Source: an uncultured Candidatus Saccharibacteria bacterium (GTDB taxonomy: Bacteria > Patescibacteriota > Minisyncoccia > Minisyncoccales > JAGGSE01). From it: a stretch of 38,728 nt of DNA. Under the pieces are notes generated by a model that saw nothing but the letters and a program-made list of their open reading frames with translations, ran no database searches and was not told the DNA's origin. Below, in pieces: positions 17,790-26,323 of the stretch (position 1 is its first letter; each line of letters begins with the position of its first letter). Both the position numbers and the translations under genes were made by a program. The stretch covers positions 1-38,728 of the forward strand of contig CAZPZY010000002.1 in assembly GCA_964591195.1 (NCBI GenBank), in the 5' to 3' direction.

Positions 17790-18646
17790 TTTTTAATACG
17801 GTATTTTAAAATCCCATAAACCCTGCCAAGGTAAGTAAAAAAATCATATGTAAAGCCAAAGGGGATTAAAACCAAAGGATATCTTATAAAAACTACAAGT
17901 GGTAATAAAATAACTCCTCCTAATTTTATAATTTCTCTGATAACCGGTATGCCTCTTTTTTCCCTTAATTTTATCCCTTCTTTACCATGAATAAATCCTC
18001 TTTTGAAAACTCCTTTCCAAGTTTGAGAATGACAATGCAAGACTTTTATAGTAGGGTCATAAAATATTTTATAACCTCTATCTCTTATCCGGTAACATAG
18101 ATCATAATCTTCAGATGAAGCAAATCTAAAAGACTCATCAAATCCGTTAATTTCTTCAAGTACTTTTCTTCTAACAGCCAAATTACAAGCAGGAAGAGTA
18201 TCTGTGAATCTTTTTTTATTTCCGTATAATTTATTTCTTCTATATTGCTCAAATTTCTCGCTTAATCCTTCTAAAGAAAATGCTTCAATTCCTCCGCCAA
18301 CAGCGGCTACCTTTTTATCCTCAAAATAAGGTAATGTTTTAATAATCCAATCTTGACTAACTATGACATCAGAATCTGTAAAAAAAATAATTCCTCCTTT
18401 TGAATTTCTCCAGCCTTTATTTCTTGCTGCTGATGGGCCTTTGTGTCTTTGAAAAAGTAATTTTATTTTTTTAGGGTGTCTTTCAGTATAATTTAAAATA
18501 ATCTTTCTGCTCTTATCTTTAGACCCGTCATCCACAAATATAGCCTCAAGGCCTTTATATTGAAGATTAAGAATAGAATTTAGACATCCTTGTAAAGTAT
18601 TTTCCGCATTATATACAGGAATAACAATTGAAACTTTATTTTCCAT
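17786..18646 (-). CDS. GT2-family glycosyltransferase
   Basis: VSIVIPVYNAENTLQGCLNSILNLQYKGLEAIFVDDGSKDKS and FTDSDV (DxD). The track ORF starts at 18706; ATG 18646 (MENKVSIVIP) gives the usual GT2 N-terminus and cuts the overlap with the upstream gene from 71 to 11 nt. Confidence 0.8.
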   Translation of the reverse strand: MENKVSIVIPVYNAENTLQGCLNSILNLQYKGLEAIFVDDGSKDKSRKIILNYTERHPKKIKLLFQRHKGPSAARNKGWRNSKGGIIFFTDSDVIVSQDWIIKTLPYFEDKKVAAVGGGIEAFSLEGLSEKFEQYRRNKLYGNKKRFTDTLPACNLAVRRKVLEEINGFDESFRFASSEDYDLCYRIRDRGYKIFYDPTIKVLHCHSQTWKGVFKRGFIHGKEGIKLREKRGIPVIREIIKLGGVILLPLVVFIRYPLVLIPFGFTYDFFTYLGRVYGILKYRIKK

Positions 18647-19718
18647 ATTCAAAATCTGAATAGAAATCCTTTCTGAAATATAATGGATCAATAATCTTTT
18701 CTCCATCAGCCGGTTTTAGTTCGCTATCTCCAAATATCTTAAAATAGGATTTTTCTAAACCTGGACAAATCTTATTAAATTTACATTTTTTACATTTCTC
18801 TGATTTAAAATAACTTCTAATCCTCATTGAAACACAAATATCTTCCAAGTAATCCTTGGAAAGTTTAATTTTGGGATGAGATTTTAGAAATCCATAAAAA
18901 AAATATCCTAAATATTTCCAGGTTGGAGTAACCTTCTTTGCTGTCAATTTTATAAGCATTCTCTGAGACCACTCAAAAGGATCAAATATTTTTTGTGGAT
19001 AGTGACATATATACTTTTCATATCCTCTCATAAAACAAAATGGGATATACCTTAAATTAATATAAGGCACCCTGCCTTTTAAAATATCCACTGCCTTTTT
19101 TATATAGGAAGAAGCTATAGAGTATTTTACTGAAAATTGATTAGCTAATTGATCTGCCAACTCAAAATCATTAAACAATATAAAATTGACCTGCCTTGGT
19201 TCTAATTTGTTGTAAAGTTTTGCATGTTTTTCTAAATTTCTATAATTTATATTTGTCACCGTACAGTTAATTCTAAATGGAATGCTATATTTTTTGAGAT
19301 TTTCAACAGATCTAATAATTTTTTCAAAAGAACCGGGAACTTGAGTTATATAATCATGTTCTTGAGAGTTATGTCCATGAATAGAAAAAAGAACATCATT
19401 TATACCGTTTTCAACCATCTCTTTTACAAAGTTTTCATCTGCCATTCTTAAACCATTTGTTAAGGTACAAATAGTTTTAAACCCTTTAGATTTGGCGTAT
19501 TTAATGAGTTCTATAAAATCAGGATGAATAGTAGGTTCTCCTCCCGAAAAATCAATTGCCTTCATTCCTGCTTTCCAAGCGATATCCATTTCTTTCATTA
19601 TCACTTCTTTGGGCCAAAATCCTTTTAATTCAGCAAGATAATAATAACAAAATCTACATCTTGCATTACAACCCATGCCTGTAAAAATCCTTGCTCTTTT
19701 AGTATAAGTATCACTCAT
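18636..19718 (-). CDS. radical SAM protein with Cys-rich SPASM/twitch-like C-terminal region
   Basis: 360 aa. GMGCNARCRFCYY (CxxxCxxC), FSGGEPTIHPDF, then CFMRGYEKYIC and CKKCKFNKICPG near the C-terminus. Confidence 0.8.
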   Translation of the reverse strand: MSDTYTKRARIFTGMGCNARCRFCYYYLAELKGFWPKEVIMKEMDIAWKAGMKAIDFSGGEPTIHPDFIELIKYAKSKGFKTICTLTNGLRMADENFVKEMVENGINDVLFSIHGHNSQEHDYITQVPGSFEKIIRSVENLKKYSIPFRINCTVTNINYRNLEKHAKLYNKLEPRQVNFILFNDFELADQLANQFSVKYSIASSYIKKAVDILKGRVPYINLRYIPFCFMRGYEKYICHYPQKIFDPFEWSQRMLIKLTAKKVTPTWKYLGYFFYGFLKSHPKIKLSKDYLEDICVSMRIRSYFKSEKCKKCKFNKICPGLEKSYFKIFGDSELKPADGEKIIDPLYFRKDFYSDFEYGK

Positions 19719-21153
19719 GACTTTTTAATTTTGATATTAGTCTTTTAATATCCCGATATATAAGTTCATAATCATTAAAGTCATTTTTGGTGTAAGCAGT
19801 AAATACATCTGCCTTAATTGTATTTTTGAAATAAGAGATAATAAACCGGCGGTTTACCTGTTTTAAATTGTTTAGAATGGGAGGATTTTCCAAATCAATT
19901 TTTATTCTCTCTGCTAATTCTTCAAAATTGTCTACTTTTTTACACAAAGGGTGATAAGAATAAAAAACTTTTCCTAAAACATAAACTGGTTTTCCAGATA
20001 AAGCTGCTTCCATTCCTACAGTGCTAGTTAGGGTTATAACTCCTTTTGATTTTTTTATCAAATTCTCTACATTCTCATAAGGAGAAAGTAAAACTACGTT
20101 AGGTATTTTTTTGAGTGTTTTGTAGAAAACTCCTGGGCGAGTTCCTACTGCTACCGGATGTTCTTTAACATATAACCTATAAGAAAAAGGTAAACTAAAG
20201 GCTATGTTTTTTATAGTAGTTAACTGGTCAGAAAAATAGGTTGCTAAAACTGATGTTGAAGCCTCGGGTTGAAGTTGAAGAGGAAAAAGAAAAAAAATGT
20301 CATCGTCATTTGGTGAGTTATAAATATTTTTTTGAAAAAGAATTCTTAATTTCCTTTTTATATCTTTATATGGGAGCAAAAAAGTAGCCCACATTATCCC
20401 TTCGCTTTCATGATCAAATTCTTTAAACTTTTTTCTATTCAATAAGTATTTAATCCGAGATTGGAATTTTGTTTTATCTGTCCAATGTCTCAAGAAGCCT
20501 TTTATTCCGTAATAATATTTCTTGCCCATATAAGAAGGTAATTGCTGATGGGCTATAAACTTTTTTTCAAAGTCCTGAACTTCTTCTTTTTCGTCCTCTT
20601 TTAGAATATCAATGTGAGGATTTTCTCTAAAATCCTTTTCATATACAGAACAAGTGTACTCTAAATCATAAATATCTATCCGGTCCTTAAATCTCGAAGG
20701 AATTATACCAAGATAAAGTATATTATTTCTTTTAGAAATACGATAAGCAATTTGGGTAAATACATTAGCGGGGGGCTCACTAATTACTACATCCGGTTTT
20801 TCTTTTTGAAATAAAGAGTTGAAGAACTGATAAAACTGAGAAATTATTTCGACGGAATTTTTATAATTGAAATCAATATTATCATCTCTTGTTTTCCGAT
20901 CAAAAGTAGAAAAAAAATCCCTCCACGAGAGACCAGGAAATTCTCGCCAATCTTTCTTGTAATTTTCAATGCACCAATCAACTTTTGATAAAAACTTTAT
21001 ATCTTTGGGAAATTTTTTCCTCATATTATATTCCAATATTTTCCCCACACCAACCACAATACACTCATCACTCTCTTTTATCATTTGATGAGTAAGTTTT
21101 GCTAAAAAATGTATTAAATATGGTGATCCATCTGCAAGAAGACAATATTTCAT
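19711..21153 (-). CDS. KpsS/KpsC/LpsZ-like 'capsule polysaccharide biosynthesis' family protein (candidate ulosonic-acid transferase)
   Basis: FFLFPLQLQPEASTSV...YRLYVKEHPVAVGTRPG...NVVLLSPYENVENLIKKSKGVITLTSTVGMEAALSGKPVYVLGKVFY fits the Capsule_synth pattern (LQ..D, K.HP, StvG.EA...GkPV...G). Start at ATG 21153 (MKYCLLADG) is preferred over 21207. Confidence 0.6.
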   Translation of the reverse strand: MKYCLLADGSPYLIHFLAKLTHQMIKESDECIVVGVGKILEYNMRKKFPKDIKFLSKVDWCIENYKKDWREFPGLSWRDFFSTFDRKTRDDNIDFNYKNSVEIISQFYQFFNSLFQKEKPDVVISEPPANVFTQIAYRISKRNNILYLGIIPSRFKDRIDIYDLEYTCSVYEKDFRENPHIDILKEDEKEEVQDFEKKFIAHQQLPSYMGKKYYYGIKGFLRHWTDKTKFQSRIKYLLNRKKFKEFDHESEGIMWATFLLPYKDIKRKLRILFQKNIYNSPNDDDIFFLFPLQLQPEASTSVLATYFSDQLTTIKNIAFSLPFSYRLYVKEHPVAVGTRPGVFYKTLKKIPNVVLLSPYENVENLIKKSKGVITLTSTVGMEAALSGKPVYVLGKVFYSYHPLCKKVDNFEELAERIKIDLENPPILNNLKQVNRRFIISYFKNTIKADVFTAYTKNDFNDYELIYRDIKRLISKLKSHE

Positions 21154-21274
21154 ATAAAATGTATATAGTAAAATACTATTATACCACAAAAAGCAAATAT
21201 TACTCAATGTAGGATTGTTTGAAAAACAAAGTTAGCATCTAACAAAATTAACTAGGCAAATACTGCTATCTTAT

Positions 21275-22324
21275 CTATTTTCCAATAAAATGCCAACTTA
21301 TTGGAGTGCCTTTTTTAATATCTTGAGTAGCTTGCTTGTTTAAGATATCTTTTAAATATTTTGGATGCAAACCGTAGCCAGGTCTTATAGAACGAATATT
21401 TTTTTCGGTAAAAACCTCACCCGCTTTTATATCTTTTACTACAAATAAAGAACGAGAGAACTCTCTACTCTTTTTCATTTTTTCTGTCAGCTCGTAGGAT
21501 ACTTCTCCCAAAGCCTTTTCTACTTCTCTTACTGAGTTTACCATTGCTTTGAATTCGGAGGGTTCTAACGAAAATGCAGCATCTGGTCCACCTAATGACC
21601 TATCTAATGTTAGATGTTTTTCTATTATAGAAGCACCTAAGGCAACAGAGGCAATGGGGACCGAAACGCCCAAGGTATGGTCAGATAAACCTACTACAGT
21701 TTTAAAAGTGTCTGCTAAATTGGGAATAGTCCTTAAATTTACATCTTCTAAAGGCGCAGGATAAGCACTGGTGCATTTAAGTAAAGCTATTTGGTTATTT
21801 CCCATTCTTTTGCAGGCACTTACTGCTTCTTCAATATCAGAAAGAATAGCGATTCCTGTGGAAATAATTACAGGTTTTCCCTTTGAAGCTACATACTCAA
21901 TAAGCGGAATATCGGTTATTTCAAAAGATGCAATCTTGTAAGCAGGAACATCTATTTCTTCTAAAAAATCTACTGCTGATTTATCAAAAACAGATGAAAA
22001 ACATATTAAACCTTCGCTTTCTGCAATTTCTTTTAATTTTGGCTGCCACTCCCAAGGAGTATAGGCTTCTTTATAAAGTTGATAAAAAGTCTTGCCATCC
22101 CATAAAGTTCCCTGTTTTATCCGAAAGTATTCATTATTACAATCAATGGTCATGGTATCTGGTGTGTAAGTTTGTAGTTTAACGGCATCGGCACCTGCTT
22201 CCTTTGCTTCTTTTATAAGTTTTACAGCATAATCAAATTTTTGAAGATGATTTGCTGAAAGCTCAGCTATTATGAAAACAGGAAAATTCTTCCCTATTTT
22301 TTTATTCTTTATTTCTAAATACAT
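21275..22324 (-). CDS. pseI: NeuB-family nonulosonate synthase; pseudaminic acid synthase by context
   Basis: 349 aa. FIIAELSANHLQKFDYAVKLIKEAKEAGADAVKLQTYTPDTMT and a C-terminal SAF-like domain (VVKDIKAGEVFTEKNIRSIRPG). Called PseI rather than NeuB/LegI because of the adjacent pseB/C/G genes. Confidence 0.8.
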   Translation of the reverse strand: MYLEIKNKKIGKNFPVFIIAELSANHLQKFDYAVKLIKEAKEAGADAVKLQTYTPDTMTIDCNNEYFRIKQGTLWDGKTFYQLYKEAYTPWEWQPKLKEIAESEGLICFSSVFDKSAVDFLEEIDVPAYKIASFEITDIPLIEYVASKGKPVIISTGIAILSDIEEAVSACKRMGNNQIALLKCTSAYPAPLEDVNLRTIPNLADTFKTVVGLSDHTLGVSVPIASVALGASIIEKHLTLDRSLGGPDAAFSLEPSEFKAMVNSVREVEKALGEVSYELTEKMKKSREFSRSLFVVKDIKAGEVFTEKNIRSIRPGYGLHPKYLKDILNKQATQDIKKGTPISWHFIGK

Positions 22325-22336
22325 CTTGATACCCCC

Positions 22337-22987
22337 TTATTCATCCGCTTTATAAATTTTTATAATATACTTGTGACCTTTATGATAAAAAAAAGCTGGA
22401 AAATTTTCATTGTTAACTATTCTTAAAAGATTAAACTGTTCTTTTATTGTCTTATTAATATCTAATTCACTATCAGCAGGAGTCCTTCTTCTATAAAAAG
22501 TCGATTTTCCTCTCTGCTTTTTAGGTTTTAATTTTTCGTAGTCATCAATAAAACGCAAGCATAATTCTATTGTTTTTTTTGCCTGCTTTTCTCGGATTTC
22601 ATCGTATAACTCATGACCCTCAAATATTAAAAAGTCCTTAAGATAAATATCACCATCATCTACATTTTCAGAAGCCTCAAATAGAACTATAGGGATTTTA
22701 TTTTTACCCTCTAAAATTTGCCAAAATAAAGGAGCCCAACCCTTACCTTTTGGTAAATCGCTTTCATGAACCACGATATTATGTCTATGCATTAACAGAA
22801 ATTTAGGTGGTATTATTTTAAAATAACTAAGAATAAATACAACTTCGAATTCTTCTGAAATATTTTTATAATCAAAAAATAACTTAGCTAATACCCCCTT
22901 TTTTCTTAAAATTTTACTTAATTGTCTTGCGTAAGGTACAAACCAACTAGTTTCAGAAGTTAATATAGCTAATTTTCTAAAATTCAT
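22337..22987 (-). CDS. formyltransferase-like protein (Formyl_trans_N fold), paralog 2
   Basis: 216 aa. NIVVHESDLPKGKGWAPLFWQILEG and ENVDDGDIYL resemble the HxSLLPxxRG and DxGxI blocks of Fmt/PurN/ArnA-type enzymes. C-terminal part is similar to that of ORF 23666..24367. Confidence 0.6.
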   Translation of the reverse strand: MNFRKLAILTSETSWFVPYARQLSKILRKKGVLAKLFFDYKNISEEFEVVFILSYFKIIPPKFLLMHRHNIVVHESDLPKGKGWAPLFWQILEGKNKIPIVLFEASENVDDGDIYLKDFLIFEGHELYDEIREKQAKKTIELCLRFIDDYEKLKPKKQRGKSTFYRRRTPADSELDINKTIKEQFNLLRIVNNENFPAFFYHKGHKYIIKIYKADE

Positions 22988-23679
22988 TTTAATATTCTTA
23001 CAACTTTAAAAGCCTCTGCGTATTCCAAGCCAACCTTAATTCCCCAATTCTTTGCAATAAGTTTCACTCCTTCTAAAGACCGCGGATGAGGATATTTTCT
23101 TAACTCAGTTTTATATTTTTCAAGTGCCCTAATTTTAATATCTATAGTTGTGGAGATATCAAAAAATATATCAGGCGAAAAATTTAAAGGATATCGCCAT
23201 TCAGTAGAAGACGGAATTTCGAAAGAACATATTTCTTTTACAGTTTCTCCTTTTAATGGTCTTGTTGCTGTTATCACAGCTCTATATGCAATTTGATGGT
23301 CAACATTTAAGTCCCTCTCATAATGAGTAAAAATTATCTCTGGATTAATGCTATTTTTTACCTTCTCAACAACTTTTACAATATCTAAAAATGGAACTGT
23401 ATCGAATCTATTGTCAGGAAAATCATAAAAGAAAACTTCTTTAACCCCCAATATCTTATTTGCCTCTTTAGCTTCTCCTTTTAACTCTGTAATTTCTTCC
23501 TCTCTCCTTTTTCTATCCCTCATGTTATCTCTTGAGGTAATTCCTTCACCTAAAATTAGCGTATAAACCTCAAAACCTTCTTTAATCAATCTTGCAATTG
23601 TTCCACCACATCCTAAGACCTCATCATCAGGATGGGCAGCGACTATTAGAATTGTCTTATTTTCTTTAATTTTCTTCAT
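22984..23679 (-). CDS. PIG-L/LmbE-family N-deacetylase
   Basis: 231 aa. ILIVAAHPDDEVLGCGGTIARL (AHPDDE motif) and NVDHQIAYRAV (HxDH-like). Confidence 0.85.
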   Translation of the reverse strand: MKKIKENKTILIVAAHPDDEVLGCGGTIARLIKEGFEVYTLILGEGITSRDNMRDRKRREEEITELKGEAKEANKILGVKEVFFYDFPDNRFDTVPFLDIVKVVEKVKNSINPEIIFTHYERDLNVDHQIAYRAVITATRPLKGETVKEICSFEIPSSTEWRYPLNFSPDIFFDISTTIDIKIRALEKYKTELRKYPHPRSLEGVKLIAKNWGIKVGLEYAEAFKVVRILK

Positions 23680-24367
23680 AAACTACCTCAAAACGACCTA
23701 CTAATTTATTTGATTTCTTATGAACCTCGGAAAATTCAATTTTTAAATTATTTATTTTAAAAAAAGCTTTAGGATATCCTTCTGCATCTAACATTCGGAC
23801 AAAATCATAAAAATCATCCAAATTTTTTATCTCTGCTTTCTGTAAATTGCTTTCTTTGGGTTTTCTTCTTTTAAAAACTATCACTTCTCCTTCTTGTGTC
23901 TGAGGGATAGGTTTGTTTTCTAAAATATAAGGAATCATATCAAAAAAGATAATTTGAGAAGCAGCAATAAAAATTTCTTCTGCACTTCCTATCCCAATAT
24001 AAAAATCTTTTTTCAAATAAATCTTCCCTGTATCAATCCCTTCTTCTGCTTGAATTGCTGAGATTTTAGTATGATAGATTTTACGTTGAATTAAATTTTG
24101 AAGCGGACTTCCTCCTCTACCAAAAGGAAGATCTGTGATGTGAAAAACAACACAGGTATACTTTTCATAAAGTTCCGGCGGTATTATCCATGACCAATGT
24201 GGGAGAAATATCCATTCAGGGTTAATCCCTGTGATATTTTTTTCATTCAATTCTCTCTTGTCTGTAATTACTAAAACCTCATATTTATCCTTATATAATT
24301 CTTTAAATTTATACGCATTCCTGATATTCCAAGATTTTATTGTAGCTATAACTATTTTTTTCTTCAT
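23666..24367 (-). CDS. formyltransferase-like protein (Formyl_trans_N fold), paralog 1
   Basis: 233 aa. CVVFHITDLPFGRGGSPLQNLI and EGIDTGKIYL. C-terminal FKRRKPKESNL...FYDFVRMLDAEGYPKAFF parallels FYRRRTPADSEL...FNLLRIVNNENFPAFF in ORF 22337..22987. Confidence 0.6.
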   Translation of the reverse strand: MKKKIVIATIKSWNIRNAYKFKELYKDKYEVLVITDKRELNEKNITGINPEWIFLPHWSWIIPPELYEKYTCVVFHITDLPFGRGGSPLQNLIQRKIYHTKISAIQAEEGIDTGKIYLKKDFYIGIGSAEEIFIAASQIIFFDMIPYILENKPIPQTQEGEVIVFKRRKPKESNLQKAEIKNLDDFYDFVRMLDAEGYPKAFFKINNLKIEFSEVHKKSNKLVGRFEVVYEEN

Positions 24368-24372
24368 GGTGA

Positions 24373-25368
24373 TTATTCTATTATTACTTTTATTACCCTA
24401 TCAACTATCCTTAAACTACCTTTTCCATCAACAATTTTTTTGGCTATTTTAGATCTACTTTTTCTTATTTTTATACCTTTTATGTATTCTACTGCATCTT
24501 TAGTTTTCTCAAGTATATCATTTTTATTATACCACCCAACATACTCTAAAAATCCTATTCTTTCCCATCCTCTTACATTTCTTAATTGATTTTCTGCTAC
24601 GCAAATCCCTACTGTAGGAACTCCAACCCTTGCAAGTTCGTATAAAGTCTGTCCTCCTGCAGATATTGCGATATCTGATTCCAACATAACTTTTTTCATT
24701 TTATTTGCATCTGGATAATAAATCAAGTCAGTATTTTTATCTGCATTCTTTTTGATTTCATCTATATTTTGAAAAGCTTTTCCTACTATGACATTCTTTT
24801 TCAAATCAGGATAGTTTTCTCTTAAAAATTTTAGAACTTTTGGTGTCATATTTCGCATATCATCCCCACCAAAAGTAATCATTATGCTTTCAATCTTTTC
24901 TTTTATTTTCTTTTCTGGTACTTCCCAAAATTCTTTCCTAAGAGGAATATATTTAGTTCCTAATAAATACTTAACTCCCTCTTTTTTAGGATAATTTAAT
25001 TCTTCAGCATAGATGTTCCCATTTACTACAACTCCCTTTGGATAATCCAATCTTTTATTATCGTCTATATATACAGCTAATTTTACTAAATCAGATAAAG
25101 TATTATAGAAAGAAATATCTGCTAAATAGGAATCTATAACAGCAATATCAGCATCTTTCACTTTTTCAAATAACCTACCTCTTTCCTCAAGCCAGTTAAA
25201 CATTTGATAATTTATGTCTTTTAATAACTCACTAATACTACCATCTCCATTTATTATAAACTCTGGAATTATTTTTCTTTCTTCAAAGGCCTGATACAAA
25301 GAAATACATCTTGTTATATGGCCAAAACCTATATTCTTACTACCTTCGGTAATAATGAAAACTTTCAT
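24373..25368 (-). CDS. pseG: PseG-type UDP-2,4-diacetamido-2,4,6-trideoxy-beta-L-altropyranose hydrolase
   Basis: 331 aa. N-terminal MKVFIITEGSKNIGFGHITRCISLYQAF (xGxGHxxRC motif of PseG/SpsG). GT-B-like C-terminal half (ISAGGQTLYELARVGVP). ATGA overlap with the upstream gene. Confidence 0.75.
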   Translation of the reverse strand: MKVFIITEGSKNIGFGHITRCISLYQAFEERKIIPEFIINGDGSISELLKDINYQMFNWLEERGRLFEKVKDADIAVIDSYLADISFYNTLSDLVKLAVYIDDNKRLDYPKGVVVNGNIYAEELNYPKKEGVKYLLGTKYIPLRKEFWEVPEKKIKEKIESIMITFGGDDMRNMTPKVLKFLRENYPDLKKNVIVGKAFQNIDEIKKNADKNTDLIYYPDANKMKKVMLESDIAISAGGQTLYELARVGVPTVGICVAENQLRNVRGWERIGFLEYVGWYNKNDILEKTKDAVEYIKGIKIRKSRSKIAKKIVDGKGSLRIVDRVIKVIIE

Positions 25369-26228
25369 TTTGGTAAATTCTTTTGCAAAAAATCTCTGGC
25401 TCTTTTTAAATCCTGCAAATCTAATACCTTTATCGCTTCTTTAATTTCTTCTTCTAAAGTATTTAATATCTTCTTTTGAACAACTTTTTTATTTATTAAT
25501 TTTAACCAGGGTTTTTCTTTAAAAAGATTCACTATATCATAAGTATCGAAATACTTATTTTTTGGATATAAATGGTCAAACACTGCACAAAGCAGAACAT
25601 AGTCCTCTTCTGTATCCAGGGTAATTCTTATATCAGGAGCATGAAGCTCTTCCGGTGCTTTTATTTCATTTATTTTAAATATTTGAGGATTTTTATAAAT
25701 ATAAGGCGTAACATGTTCCTTTTCATAATCTTTGTTGGCTTTTCTATAAACTTCTTCCAAGGTACTAAAATTAAAAACTTCCACATCAAGACCATATGGG
25801 TAAGTCCTTGTTAAAGTGTTAGATGTATAATCTGCCATTTTATTTATATGAGCATCAATTGCTAAATCTGTAATATCGGGATCTACACAAGGACAATCAC
25901 TTGTAATTCTAACAATTATATCAATATTATTTTCTTTTGCTGCAAAATAATACCTAGATAACACATTTTCCTTACTGCCTCTGAAATATTTTACATCTTC
26001 CTTTTTGGCAATTTCTACAATATTATCATCTTCTTTCCCTTCTGTGGTAGCAATAATAATATCATTTAATTTTTTAGATTTTTTCAGTCTCCTAATAACC
26101 TGTTCCAAGCAAGTAATGCCACTATTGAAAGGAAGCTCTTTTAAAACTTTCCCGGGCAATCTTGTGGAAGATATTCTTGCTTGAATTATCGCTGCTATTT
26201 TTAGCCCATTTTTTTTATCTTTTCTCAT
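25365..26228 (-). CDS. SpsF/COG1861-type cytidylyltransferase; presumed CMP-pseudaminic acid synthetase role
   Basis: 287 aa. IAAIIQARISSTRLPGKVLKEL is the SpsF-type cytidylyltransferase N-terminus. It sits between pseC and pseG. The PseF role is inferred from context only. Confidence 0.65.
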   Translation of the reverse strand: MRKDKKNGLKIAAIIQARISSTRLPGKVLKELPFNSGITCLEQVIRRLKKSKKLNDIIIATTEGKEDDNIVEIAKKEDVKYFRGSKENVLSRYYFAAKENNIDIIVRITSDCPCVDPDITDLAIDAHINKMADYTSNTLTRTYPYGLDVEVFNFSTLEEVYRKANKDYEKEHVTPYIYKNPQIFKINEIKAPEELHAPDIRITLDTEEDYVLLCAVFDHLYPKNKYFDTYDIVNLFKEKPWLKLINKKVVQKKILNTLEEEIKEAIKVLDLQDLKRARDFLQKNLPK

Positions 26229-26296
26229 TATCTCTATACTTTCACTTCTTTAGAGGTTTAAAAAATAGTCAAAGTGTACTTTCAAACTCTCTTACT

Positions 26297-26318
26297 ATTA
26301 CTTTTCTTGAAAAGTAAT
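26297..26318. promoter_or_regulatory. perfect palindrome/hairpin in the pseC-cytidylyltransferase spacer
   Basis: ATTACTTTTC tt GAAAAGTAAT (26297-26306 / 26309-26318), 6 nt downstream of the pseC stop. No directly adjacent U-tract, so it is not a clear intrinsic terminator. Confidence 0.25.
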
Positions 26319-26323
26319 TCTCT

